From contig CM097885.1 in assembly GCA_044892525.1 (NCBI GenBank), positions 12,836,001 to 12,900,000 of the forward strand: a DNA stretch of 64,000 bases, written 5' to 3'. Made by a program: the position numbers and the translations under genes. The notes under the pieces are model-generated. The model worked only from the letters and a program-made list of their open reading frames with translations. It searched no databases and was not told where the DNA came from. The stretch is from Schmidtea polychroa. Taxonomy: Eukaryota. Shown in pieces: positions 1 through 13,847 of this stretch. How positions within the stretch are numbered: the first letter of the stretch is position 1; the number at the start of each line of letters is the position of its first letter.

Positions 1-879
1 AATACATTAATAATCTAAAAACTTAAATTATACGCTATTCCCCGTAAAGATTTTAAAGATGCTCTATTATGTTGTTCATTTTCAAATCGTTGCTAATCTT
101 TGGTCCTTCTCTACATATGTTTTTTGCGTTTAGGGTATGGTTGCCCCAGAATTATGGATTCCATTTCACCTGAAGTGTTGTCTTGTTCTTGTCGTAACAG
201 CTTAATTAGGTAGAATATTCCAGGATGATTTTTTCCAACCAATATTTGACAACCCTCTACTTTCATTTGAAGTTCTTGGTATGCCGTTTATTTTGTTGTC
301 ATATACAGACCAAAGTTGAGGCTGAAAAAGTGGTGGGACTCTCACTTCTCTTCGATTTATGTTCCTTTATCGGCCATTCACATAATTTTCTTCTAACTAC
401 GTCTAAACGCTTCCGGAATTTTTGCAATAGGCAGAAACGCTAGTGCCGCAATTTTTCTCATTAAAAGATAGACGTTTTCATTTTGTCCATATAATCAGAC
501 AATAATTTAAAAAGTGAGTTTTCAAAGTTTTCATTAAAAATCTGAAAAATAATTTGTTAGTAGTAATTATTCATTTTTTAGGAGTAAATTATGTCAAAAC
601 ACTTTATAAACCTTTTACATTTTGTAAAGCGGTGTACAAAATTGAAGGTGTAACTGTTAATCACTTTTTAGAACAAAGGTGAATATGTATGTTTCTTATA
701 ATATCATTTATCGATTATTTTTTTTATTATATTATAAACTGAAAGTTAATAACAAATAATATAATTGTAATAATTAAAAGATCGACATTTTTTCTTTGCT
801 TTCCTATTGGACCAGGCTTTCTCGTTTACGATCACCTGACCAAAAAAGACAAGGACAACTTCAGCGCAATAGAAAAAGC

Positions 880-1700
880 TTTAACATATGTCTTTTCGAT
901 TGCCATGAAATGAAGAGCCATCTATGTATACCTTATGGACCTACAATGATTGACCACATTGTCTTGGAAAAATGATGATGGGCTCCTCAAGAGAAGGTTT
1001 ATAGTCGACCTCCAATCAATGATCTCCCATAAGCTTAAAGCTTCAATAAGGATCTTCAAAATGATTCTTTCAGAAGTTCTTTGACATGTTGAAGCACTAA
1101 TATCCGAACAAACCAGCTCTGCTAATGGCAATGAAAGAAAGTTGTTTTGGTTTATTATCCGTTTGCAAGGTGGCTTAGAGTGGCTTGCAGTTTTATCAAG
1201 AAAGTTAAGATGGCACAAATTGGATGATCTCCTCGGATTAGATTGAAATGATGAGTAACATCGAACTGGATCTGGTTTATAAACATCAGTAAGTACTAAT
1301 TGTATGAAACAATGCTAGTAGTTTAGCAATGAGAGTCGCATTGGTAATAAATGGATGCAATTTGGCTTAAGAAAAGTAATGACCATCCACATATAAACCT
1401 CACTGAGCTCGATGCAGTTCTTATAGGTGTAAACTTAGCAATAAAATCGGGCGTTAACAACTCAAACTGATGATGGACTCGGCCATGGTGGTAGGCTGGC
1501 TGAGAACATTTCTTAACAATGAAGGTAGGATTCGTGTCCATGGGATTTCAGAAACTCTAATTTGACGTCGCTTATGAATAATAATAGACATTACCGAAAA
1601 TGACAGAATCTCCATTTGTATACAATTGGTTAAATCAGAGAAAAACCGAGCAGATATACTGACGCGCGTTACAAATAGATAGTTAAAGTTTAAAGCATAT
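880..1700 (+). mobile_element. Degenerate LTR-retrotransposon pol remnant (RNase H region)
   Basis: Broken frames read HINLTELDAVLIGVNLAIKSG (from 1390) and QLVKSEKNRADILTRV (~1623-1670), typical retrotransposon RNase H motifs. Many stops and frameshifts; boundaries approximate. Confidence 0.6.
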
Positions 1701-3949
1701 TTAAACTGTCTGGGCTTATCGTCAGAAGAAGATAAGAACTGTGACAGCAATAACCATTTGGACCATGGAATACCATGGCTTGTAGCAAACATTCGAGTTT
1801 TGACAAATCAATCGAATCCAGCGATCTTGAATATAAATTTGAAGATAATCACGTTGACGTCAGAAATCCAGAAAAGAGTGAGAAAAATTAACATTTGGCT
1901 CTCACCTGAACGAAGCCTTCCTATTTTGATCAGTACGCATTGGATTTGTCCTATTGATCACCGGGGAATGGGATAATTAAATTAAATCACATTCAATTAA
2001 GGAAAATAATTTGTTTATATATTGTGATTAAGAGAAGAGTGACATTTTATTTTTAACAATAAATACTGAACAATTTCTTAACAATCATAATATCAAGTGT
2101 AAGTTAAAGATTATTAAAACCTACTTTTAAATAATATAAAAACCAAATTCTGTCAATTTATAAGGTGAAAAATAATTTGTCTGAAATGATGACTCATTTA
2201 TTGGTTTACACACAATCTTGTATTATAAATGCTTTTATTCCATGCAAACTGGTGTAGTTAAAAAATATAAAAAAGAAAATAAATAAGAGTGGAGTTTATT
2301 TTAATGGAATTTAGTTTTGGTTATTGCGTTATCGAAAACTTGTAATGAAAAATGTTTGTAAACATTCGTGATTTTGGGAGATTGATTATTTAATAAGTAA
2401 TATATCTAACTTAAAATGTAACATAATAATGAAACTGAATATATATGCGGATACAAAAAACTTAGACAAAAGAATTTCCAAAGTTTTGTCATTGATAACC
2501 AAATTTTGACTGTCAAAATGGGTCATTATAGAGGGGTTATGGAGAGGATTCTTGAATCACCAGATAAACAACTACATTTTCTTTCGTACTTTGGAATTAA
2601 ACATGCTCTGAATTGGATGATTTGAATAATTTCATAAGAATACAAAAAACTGATTGAAATAATTATACGAAATGTTAATTTTGTTTCAATTCCCTTATTA
2701 ATTGTTTGTTCAAATATACTAAAATAATTAAATAAATAAATAAAACAAACAAATATAGAAGTTGTAAAAGATATTATTTGTTTAAATGATGCTAAGAAAT
2801 TAAGTTTTATAATTTTAATGGATGTCATTAATTTAAGAAATCAAGCATTCAATATTTATTATCGCACTAAAAAGGAAATTTTTAAAATTTAAATTTCAGA
2901 AAATTCGTTTAGAATCAAATAATGTTATTTTAAAATGGTGATATTAAAAGCAAATTAATCAACAAAATATTTTTTCATTTGATTAAAACCTTTTTATCTT
3001 ATCAATCTGTCATGCCAAGGGGAATCTTTGTTTACTTGAAAATAATAAAAGCATTATAAATTTTAACATAAATATTTTAATTAATATATTATTATTAATA
3101 TTATTATATTAATATTATAATTTAATTATTAATTTTATTAATATTATTATTATTATTATTATCATATTAATATTCTAATTTAATTATTAATTTTATTAAT
3201 ATTATTATTATCAGAAGCTCGGTTCTGTAGTGCCTCTGAATTTCAAATTAATAAATATATTAATTCAATAATTAAATTTCAAATACATAATATAAATACA
3301 TCAAAAAAACATCGTTTTAATATTCAAACAACTTCTTTCGAACATTATCACCTTTATTCAAAACAATGAAATTTTATCAATTTACTGGAAGTCTGTCTCC
3401 TACGAAAATACGTCATTCCAAACAACCAATATAGCAACATTCGAAACTCCAGCTCGTCAAACAGGCCACTTATATATTTAATTCCTATGGTAACATCATC
3501 AATATTCTTATTCTCAAAATACTCGTACGCAGTCAAGAATGTAAGTTATATTAATTAAAATACCAGACACACTTTTTCATATAGGCTCTAAAAAGTTGTC
3601 AAAGTTCAAATCTTCTTTGACAATATGGTAGTTCGGTTCAAGTAAGCATTGTAATTGACATCAATAAAAAATAAAAAATTCATATAGATTCGCTTGCTGA
3701 TTAGTCAACCATCATGAGTCCTCAAAGAATATAGAGAATCCACATATTAAGCAATCGTACTGAATGGCGAATAGAAACCGAGATCAGAGGGAACACCGTT
3801 AGAGAGAAGAAAAAATATGTTGTTTTCACAGATGATTGAAAAAAGATGCCAGAAAAGGTCAGAAGCCATGTTGTTGGTCGGATAAAAGCCAAGGATTTCT
3901 TTGATATTAACAACTGAGATATGTTGCTCAATTCAATAATCGACAAAAA

Positions 3950-4660
3950 ACAATGCAATTTTCACAGTTCCAGTTCACTATGATTTTCTCATTAATAAAA
4001 GAGCTGATGCCAACATCATCCCTATTAGAAAAAATATATTTACATCCGATTCCAAAAATATGTGTTACTTCACCAATTCTTAAAATATAAATTTATAATA
4101 TCTTTAACGACTGCTGTACTGATAAACCTTTCAAATATTCACAAACAAGCATAACGTCCATGTAAAAATTCTCTTGATGACGTTATAATTTTTTCAAAGT
4201 TATAGGAAGATCGTAGTAACACCTTGCGAACAAACCGAATGTTTTTAAAAAAGATTTACATTTATTAATAAATAATATTAAAAAGGCGAAAAGATATTTG
4301 GAGATATCAATACTCAAAAGCTTTTGAAGCAGCAAAGAAGAAACAACTGAATTGACTCCTCCAAATAAGCAACATACATTATTTGTATGCACGGATACAT
4401 TCGACATTGAAATTGGTGCCAGGTTTAACCAGTGAACAGCAAAAGGTTAATTAACGGAAACTAGCATTTTTCTTGAAAGTTCAGCAAAACATTTGACCGA
4501 AAACTACTTGCTTTCTACTTTGCTATCAAGAACTTCAAGCAATACCTGGGTGGCAGGCCAACCAAACAACTCGCCGATCACAAGCCCATGATATATATAA
4601 ATATGATGAAAGAACCATCAAATAGACTGTTAGATGTTGCTTTCATTTGATAAACCTTTG
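3950..4660 (+). mobile_element. Degenerate Gypsy-like RT/RNase H remnant
   Basis: Fragments such as YLFVCTDTF..EIGA and LLAFYFAIKNFKQYLGGRP....DHKPM (~4505-4590) match Ty3/Gypsy RNase H consensus. Heavily decayed. Confidence 0.5.
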
Positions 4661-6581
4661 ATATATTAATGACACAATAATGTTTGATTTTTAAGCAAAC
4701 TTTTACAATCCATTTTAAGCTTCAAACCAAAAACCTTTTAAAAAAATATTTATTTAAGAATTCAACATTTAAAATTTTATTATATTATAAAACTATACTT
4801 TTAAAATTACATATCTAATTATTATAAGAACTTTTTTTTAAATTTCACCACTGATTTCTTTTCCATTGACATTCTATTTAATTAAATGCTTGACTATGAA
4901 TCAGTAAATATATCGATGTTTTTTTGATATTCACAAATTTTCGGCTCTGTCTTTTTCAAGTGAATTTGATATTTAATTATGTCAAAATTGTAACAGTTAA
5001 ATATTTTACAATCACTTAATAATAAAGTGATGATTTCTTGGTGGCAGCATTCAATTTTAAACAATTAAATGATAAATAATAATAATAATAACATTTTTTA
5101 AAATATTTAAATTGCGTATATAAATAGTTATTGGAAATAGAAATATTTTAAGATATTATTTATTAAAATAGGCGTTAATTATAGTTAATTATGAGTTAAT
5201 TATAGACGCTTTAAAACTTTTTCTTAGTGAGTCGTTTTGAATTTTAAAGGATATTTAAGTAAAAAAAATATTTAATCACTGAAGACGTGCACTTACGTGG
5301 GGCTTAAGGTAGAGATAAGAACTTTCCTGAAATCTATATATGGTAGACCTTTCCAAATTATCAGTGGGAATCCCCTTACAAAAAACCTTATATCGATAGA
5401 CAAACTCAAAGCTACCACCGATCACTCCATGATTCAAGTGTGCGGGGGAGGGCTAAAAAATCAAACCAATTTTAAATATTAAATCAAAATTTATAACATT
5501 AATATTTTTAAAATCTTTAAAATATATTAATTATATAAAAATTAATAAATTTGTTTAAAATCCTTAATTTATATAGTTTTTTTAAAAAGTTGTTAATTTG
5601 ATTAAAAATATCAAGCATATTTTTTATTATAACTCTGAAAACAACAATTATTATCATCACCATCAATGAAAAAATACAATAATTTGCAAATTCGGTAATA
5701 TCATTACACAATTTACATTTGAAAATTTCTTTGAAACTATTATCAACAAGACGAAAATAGTGATCAACTGCTTCTTATGCCCCCCCCCCCCCCCGAAATT
5801 AGGATCGGATTTGAACAATTAAACATCCAATTATAGTAATCACAAATTATTTCTACAAGAATCATTAAAACAAATATAATGTATCAATTATTCCAAAAGA
5901 AAATATGATGAAAATTTGGATTTATTTTTATTCTATTAGTTATATTTATTAGGTTTTAATCTTTTCTTGAACTGATTAATGTTTTTTTTTTATTTTAATG
6001 AATATTTATTTTAATTTGAAAAAAGATACTCAAACGACTTTACAATTGAAAAAATTAATTAAAATTTAATTTTTTATATTTAATTTTTTAAAATTCAAAG
6101 GAAATTTTTTTGTTTTAAATATGATTTTTGACATGTTTTAAATAACTTTTATTAAACTATTATTATATGTTAATTAAATTTATCATTTTTTGCAATCTCT
6201 GAACAACTCTGATCAGGAGTCGTGAACAATCTGCTCTTAAATCCAAAAATGGCGCTCTCATAAATATTTAAAAAATCATAAAATCTGGATTTACTAAAAG
6301 TGTAAGAAAATGAGTAGTATTTTCTTCTTGAAATAGATATCTTACAATGACAAATTTTTATTATTTTCAACATTCTTTTTTAATTTTTGAATACTAACTA
6401 GAATGGGCGATGGAGTTGGGACATATTTTATTTTAACATATCTCAAATCTTTAGAAATTGATATTTGTATTGAATATAGAAAATAAAACACTCAAAACAA
6501 ATAAAGGTTTTCAATGAAAAGACTGATAAATAAAGAGATCAAAACAGAACCAGTCAACCTCTATTTTAATATATTCAAATA

Positions 6582-6792
6582 GGTATTTATCAATAAAGAC
6601 ACGGCGAAAACAGCGCAGATAAAAACGGCGAGGATGAAAATTGTGCAAATAAATCTATATCGATTCGTGAATTAAGTATTTATAAAAAAAGAAATAGGGA
6701 AAAATATATATGAACTAGCTTGAGATATTCGCTTTTTAATCTTCATTTATACTGTCCACGCCGTTTTTGCCGCGCCTTTATTGGGGTAAGCC
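6582..6792. mobile_element. MULE-like MITE (211 bp)
   Basis: Imperfect ~34 bp TIRs (GGTATTTATCAATAAAGACACGGCGAAAACAGCG versus revcomp GGCTTACCCCAATAAAGGCGCGGCAAAAACGGCG). 9 bp flanks ATTCAAATA/ATCCAAATA (8/9) fit a Mutator-type TSD. Confidence 0.65.
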
Positions 6793-7780
6793 ATCCAAAT
6801 ATGATCTTCTTAAGATATTGAAATTTCTTTATATTAGCTCACTTAAAAGTCTTTTCATCCATAAGAAATTATTAAAAATTTCATTAATTTAACTACATTA
6901 TAAATTTATTAAAAGTTAATTATGCTCATAATATTTACTTAACTGACATTAAAAAATTATTAATAATATTAATTAAAATTAAAATTTCTAAATAAATATT
7001 TAATTTAATATTAAAATAAAAAAACCCATTTAAAACAATGTTTCTATTTAATATATAACACTTTCCCGAAAATCCACTATGATTAATATATACTGAAAGT
7101 TATTAAAAGTTAAGTTAATTAACGGATCAAAATCATTTGAAAAGGAAGTGCCAAAAATTCGTGAATATCAAAATCTTCGATATATTTACAATTTAATAAA
7201 TACTCAATGAAATGTACAATGAAAGTTAATGTTATATAATTGTTCATTATTATTTTACTTCTTCCACGTAGCTTCTGGTCTGTAACCAATTTGACAAAAT
7301 TGAAAGGAAAAGTCACAAAAAATAATAACGATTTTAATCAAATAAAAACAATATAATGTCAATAATAAATTTATTTTTAGTTCCTAATATAAAAAATCTC
7401 ATACAACATTTCCATATTTATTCAAAAAAAATATAAAATTATTAAAGCATTTAAATTACATATCATTAAATTAACATGACCCCTTGCAGGCACCGAGACT
7501 ACACTTGATCCGTAAAAAATTTCACTTACAGAAAATATAATCACCAAATCAAATCAAAAAATAATAAAATAAAAGATAATTAGAGAAATAATTTTTTTAT
7601 ATTTTCATTGTTAATTTTATATTTGTTCATTGCACAACGGAAATTATTTAATAACATTTTATTTGGTATTAATATTAATTAGTTATCAGACGCGTAGACA
7701 ACGCAGGAAGTCTTATAAATGATCATTTAGTCTACTTTGGTAATTTGATTTTGAATATCAGATAATTTATATATTATCAA

Positions 7781-7960
<180 letters not shown>

Positions 7961-7994
7961 AAACAAGTAAATGATAAGATAAGCCTTTTGCTGC

Positions 7995-8077
7995 AAAGCA
8001 TGTATTAAATGAAAAGTTTTCGATTAATTGAAAATAATATCTAATAATCAAAAATCTTTTCATTTAATACATGCTTT
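7995..8077. repeat. Short inverted repeat (22 bp perfect arms), probable MITE remnant
   Basis: AAAGCATGTATTAAATGAAAAG (7995-8016) and CTTTTCATTTAATACATGCTTT (8056-8077). Confidence 0.6.
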
Positions 8078-8868
8078 TATGGTTAAGGCTTGTTTCATCT
8101 TTTTCTAATAATATATAATTTTGTTAATAATAATATAAAATTTTGTTAATTATTTCTTGTTTTAACTTTAAATATAACTGGAATGATAATAAATTATTAT
8201 ATTCCTCACCATCCTCAACGATTTATGGCTGTAACTGTATTTTTACCGAGTTTAAAATTTAATATTTAAAACTTTTTTCATTTTGTGGATTCATTAAAAA
8301 CATTATTAAAACACGACAGGTTCCAATTTCATAATGGAAGTACCCAATATATCTGTTAATAAAAAATAAATTACTGCAAAAATGAGAAAATTAACATTTT
8401 AATAAAATATTATAGCAAATCAAAGATGGACAAAAATTATAAAATTATAATTATAATTATAAGCTTTTTCACATATACATCATGGTCAAGAATTACCAAT
8501 CCATTTCTTTGACAAACTTATTATTGATGTCTTTCTTAGCTAAAATTTTTAATACATAAACATCTTTAATATTCTGGTTTTTATTTTTATAAATCCACAC
8601 TTATTAGACCTGTTTTATCCATTGTTGACACTGTCCAGTAGAAAATTGCCAATGGAGGGATTATTAAAGACATTAATACGATCAGAATTTGAATGTAAAG
8701 ACAGTTTTGAATATTTATGTATCGATTGTTGTTGTTAAATTAAATAATTAATAAATTACTAAATTAAATTCAACTTGTTAAAATTTAAAAAATAATATAA
8801 TATTTGAATTATAATTATTAAAAGAATGAATTGTTTTTATCAATATTTATTATATAGTTATTATGTCC

Positions 8869-8907
8869 TACCTGATGATGACAGGAAAACTGTCGAAATA
8901 TATTGTG
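8869..8907 (+). ncRNA. Minimal type I hammerhead ribozyme, Penelope/retrozyme type, weak stem I
   Basis: tac-CTGATGA-T-GACAG-gaaaa-CTGTC-GAAA-TATA-TT-gtg: conserved core, 5 bp stem II, palindromic stem III and only a 3 bp stem I. Confidence 0.6.
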
Positions 8908-9611
8908 AAAAGAATGTTTGATTGGCGCTTTCTTATAATTAAATCGTTGCCATGTATGAGTAGTGAGGGAACAAGTCCTCATTATATGTATGTTTAACTA
9001 TTTATAGCATGTATATTATATAATTTCTTGGTAATTTTCTCGGATAATCAATTTTTGAAACGGAGAGAATAAATTAACAGACGATAAAGATTAATTATTT
9101 TTGAAAACAATCATGAAAGTAGGGTCAGTAAAGTAAACCGAACTGTAAAGTTTAATGCTTTATGATTATAGAGATTTCATATTTTTTTATAAAGAAGTTT
9201 AACTAATAATTTAACATAAAACAAATTTTAATATGTTTTGTAATTTAAAAATGTAAATAATTCTAATGTTATTAAAATAAAATTTATTAGAAATATTTAT
9301 TAATTTCGAGAAATCCTAATGTCAAAGATTTGCTGATAAACTAAGAGATTTTTAATATTAATATTTAATACAGATAAGCCGTACAATTTGATATTTGCCA
9401 AAATTTGAATATTTGCCATATTATCAATACAATATAAACAATTAATCAGAATAAATTCAAATTTTCTCTCTGTAAATATTTTAGGAAAGACCTGATATCA
9501 TTGTCGGTGGCAATTATATTTATAACAAAGTCGGCAGTCAACCTGACTTGGGGCTTGATAAGTTGTCAAAAGTCAAAAATTTCATTTAAATAAATAAATA
9601 ATAATAATTAA

Positions 9612-9713
<102 letters not shown>

Positions 9714-9732
9714 CGCCATTCGTACATCATTT

Positions 9733-9773
9733 TTACTATATATTTCGATAGCATCCCTATCATCATCAGGTAA
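9733..9773 (-). ncRNA. Minimal type I hammerhead ribozyme, Penelope/retrozyme type
   Basis: Minus strand reads TTAC-CTGATGA-T-GATAG-ggatg-CTATC-GAAA-TATA-TA-GTAA: CUGAUGA/GAAA core, 5 bp stem II, 4 bp stem I and AUA cleavage triplet. Confidence 0.75.
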
Positions 9774-9978
9774 CCTACATTCACGACAGATGAATAACTA
9801 TACAATATTTATAAACAAATTAAAAAATCTATAAATTTTTAAATTATAAATAACAATTTTAAATAATTATTTTTAAAACTAATTTTCAACAATCAATTAT
9901 TTTAATCTTTTAAAATTCGTAAAAAAATATTTTTTTTAAATATTTTTTTAATTATTTAACATAACTATTATTCAATAT

Positions 9979-10039
<61 letters not shown>

Positions 10040-10047
10040 TAGTCAAA

Positions 10048-10480
10048 TGTATAAACTGCCTAAACCAATTAAGTCAGCAAGGGGACACCCGGAAGAAATT
10101 AATTTGATGAAGACATATTACAGTTACGAGTTGGATATAAAAGCTGTCGGCAAGTAAACAGAATCGCCAGGTTGTTGAAAAAAGAAAAGTGATATTACAG
10201 TGAAAAGGAGTAAAATCAAATTTAACTTTAGTGATAACCAAATAATTTTGAATCTAACTTACCAGAAAGGATGATCTGCCGTTGGAAGATAAATCCCCGT
10301 GCAAGATTCAGGTTGAAATTGACAAGTGTACAGAGTAAAAGAGTTACTAAGAGTGATGTGAACTAAATTGTTTCATTAAGGTGTATAATTAATAAAAGTG
10401 TAATTGTGATTTCGAATAAATATTATTGTGTTGTGTTATTTGATTTGCTCAGTAAAAAGACAGTGATACCGACTCGCACA
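10048..10480 (+). mobile_element. Possible solo LTR
   Basis: TG...CA bounded, relatively GC-richer block with a TATA-like GATATAAAAG and AATAAA motifs. No convincing TSD found. Confidence 0.3.
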
Positions 10481-11034
10481 AAATACCCAATACTATAATG
10501 AAATAATTTTGGTGTTAGGTTTTTCTTTATTTTTATTATGATAATAGATCAAAAATATATATAAACAACATTAGATGAAGACAAAGCCGAAAATTTCTGT
10601 TGCGGAGAATTAACTATTGATATTATGGAAATAAAAAGAAAAACAGAAAAAAGATAACAGATAAAAAGTGACCAAAAAAATATGAGAAAACCTTTACTCG
10701 CTGTTTCATTGAAATAGAAAAAATCTGCACAAAATTTTACAATCAAGTAATACAAAATTTAAAAAAATATTATAAAAAGTACATAAAAAATCCCATCTCT
10801 ACCTGAGCTAGCAGCCAGTATCAGAAATATCAGAATTTCTAGCAAATATGTTGAAAAAAAATCTAAAATGTCATAATAGTCTGCAAAATTTTCTCACTAG
10901 CAAATTGTGTGCCAATAGCAGTGCATTTTTGTTAATTGTGCACTCTACTTTTTACTGAATGCTAATCTGTTTTCTATAATTCACTTTTAATCACTATTGA
11001 TTTTTATCAAGTCTGTGAACCTTCTAGTAATCCT

Positions 11035-11625
11035 ATGAGTAAAATTGACGAGTTCTATGAAGAAGCTAAACGAATTGTCGACAGTCACACTTGGTTGAAG
11101 GTGATCCTAATCGGTGACGTACAGTGCGGCAAAACGTCAATCATCAAGAGCTACTACGATGTGTCCATAAATGATGAATATTTCCCAACAATAGGAATTG
11201 ACTACGGATTTAAATTATATCGGTCAAACAATCCCGTTATAAATAAAGAGATTCGGGTCAACATTTGGGACTTTTCCGGTGATCCTGATTTTCTTGAAAC
11301 TCGAAAAGAGTTATATATCAATACGGACATAGTGATGATAGTATATGATTTGACCCGGCCGATAACTTTCACAAATATCAAACAGTGGCTCAACGAATTC
11401 CAGACATATAGCAACCGGAAAATTGAAGAAATTGAAATCGGAATATTAGGAAATAAAACAGATTTGACACTTGATAGAATAGTTGATACAGAAACCGGGA
11501 AAAGTTTCACACAATCCTGGAAAGCTGTCTATTTTGAGACGTCATCTAAGTCGAAGAAAAATATTCAAGAATCATTTGAATATTTAATTGAAACTGCAAT
11601 AATAAAGAAATTGAAGAAGCATTAA
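11035..11625 (+). CDS. RJL-family (Rjl/DNAJC27-like) Ras-superfamily small GTPase, intronless, no J domain
   Basis: G1 GDVQCGKT, effector TIGIDYG, G3 VNIWDFSGDPDFLETRKELY (RJL-like, no catalytic Gln), G4 NKTD and G5 ETSSK. No C-terminal prenylation cysteine. Confidence 0.8.
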   Translation: MSKIDEFYEEAKRIVDSHTWLKVILIGDVQCGKTSIIKSYYDVSINDEYFPTIGIDYGFKLYRSNNPVINKEIRVNIWDFSGDPDFLETRKELYINTDIVMIVYDLTRPITFTNIKQWLNEFQTYSNRKIEEIEIGILGNKTDLTLDRIVDTETGKSFTQSWKAVYFETSSKSKKNIQESFEYLIETAIIKKLKKH

Positions 11626-11818
11626 CAATTATTAATCAGTTTACATTTTTATTGAAAAATTCTTTAAAAATGCCTTTTTTACTATGAACTCATTTCAGAT
11701 TAATTTCATATTTTTATATTTGTTTGCGGTGGCGTTACAAAATTCAGATGTAATATTTAGTTTTTAGCTCGTTTGAATATTAATGCGTTGAACGTTTTCT
11801 ATTTTCATAATAATAATG

Positions 11819-11882
<64 letters not shown>

Positions 11883-11978
11883 TAATAATAATAATAATAA
11901 TAAAAATAATAATAATATTATTAATAACAATAATATAATAATAATAATGATATTAATAATTAAAATATAATAATGAAA

Positions 11979-12035
<57 letters not shown>

Positions 12036-12314
12036 AATGTATCAAAACTTGCATCTGTATCTAGAATCAATACATTTCCCAATTTTGAATATGTGCGCTA
12101 ATTATTTGATATATAAATTTTACTTCAGACAAACAAATCTTTACTTTTGTAGTTGTTGTGTCTAATTCTTTATAAATCTCCACTGCTAATTTGTTAATAT
12201 TAAAACACTATGGAAATATATTTTATATATTGTGGAAATTGCCAATTTTAAAAATTAAAATTATGAAAAAATTGCATGAAATATTTATAGAAATGAAATC
12301 GATGGATTTTAGAT

Positions 12315-12716
12315 CAGCGTTTCTCAACAGGGACCTACTTGCCAAAATAAAAATCTTTGGTGACCCATTGGAAATTAAAATTTGCTCCTAAGGGGATGAA
12401 GTGAGCGAAGCAAGCAACAGACGATTAGTGGGTCTGGGGAACGTCGGAAATTCAATCGCCAACGCGTTTGGGAGTATTTAGGTTTTTGGCATGAAATTGA
12501 ACCATAATAATTTATATCATTGTTGGTTTTAAATCTTGTGCTAATAATTTTCAATTTAAAATAACATTTTAATGCTAAATTATGTTGATGATCTAGGTTT
12601 AATAAATATTTTGGAAAATTAAATCTTTAAAAAATTTTTTTTATTTTTATTTTTTCATTTTCTGATTTGGCGACCCACCTGGAAGGATGCCGCGACCTAC
12701 AGGTTGGGAAACGCTG
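12315..12716. mobile_element. hAT (Charlie/Buster-type) MITE, 402 bp
   Basis: TIRs CAGCGTTTCTCAAC / GTTGGGAAACGCTG. 8 bp flanks TTTTAGAT/CCTTAGAT (6/8) with central TA. Confidence 0.75.
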
Positions 12717-13118
12717 CCTTAGATACATTGACCTATTTGTAAATTCTAACATTTCATCATAAATTTAAGTTAACAATGCCACTTAAAAGTAATTATATTT
12801 AACTATTTCAAATACTAATCATAAGATTAATATATTTAGGGAATAAATTTAAATGAACAAATATATACATAGCACTTTCTTTTTCAAATCCAAACATTAA
12901 AAAATCAAAAAAAAATTAAAAAACATTAATAAATCAAAACATAAAAAAATTATCTTTTTAAATAAATATATAAAATAAATTGTCTTATATTACAGACATT
13001 TAATGAGTTCAAAGGTCGTTTTAAATTTCATATAATTACATTCCACTTTTTTATTCTACATTCTCGGTTTACTCATAATGTAATTCGTTTGAATTTATGC
13101 TTCAAATGTCTTTTGAGG

Positions 13119-13248
<130 letters not shown>

Positions 13249-13847
13249 TACAGTATTTAGTAATAATTATTATTTTATTTGAAACTTTATAAATATAATC
13301 CATGCATTAACATTAATTATTATTATTATATTTTTAAAAGTTAATATTATGTATTATTAATCAACATATAATAATAATGATTCATAGAAAATATCTGTAC
13401 AAAAATGAAAACAACTTCCTCGTTGACAAGCGCTTTTTAATTGTGTGAAGAAATTGTTCAGTATTTATTGTTAAATTAATCCGCTTTCTGTAATTTAAAA
13501 AATATTGATATGTCAAATCTAGTGTTATTTCCTTATTTCAATATAAATTCTTATCTATTCATTAACTTCGGATTAAAGAGATAACGTAATTATATCTAAA
13601 ATATGTTGAAATTAAGAGAGTGAAATATAATTTGACCTCACAAAATTTGTGTTTTACATACACACATGCAAACATCAACGAAGTTAATATAGAGAGACAA
13701 AATGATTAATTTATCTATTTAAAAAAATGATATTATCTTAATAGATATTTACAAAATGTAAATTATAAAAATTGCAAATAATATTCACCACAAATAATTT
13801 TATTGTAATTCAAACGTTTTAAATTACTGATTTCTGTTAATTTTGTC

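Noticed and set aside
5279..5303. Third hammerhead (CTGAAGACGTGCACTTACGTGGGGC)
   Set aside because: No GAAA and no stem III or stem I follow; at most a truncated remnant.
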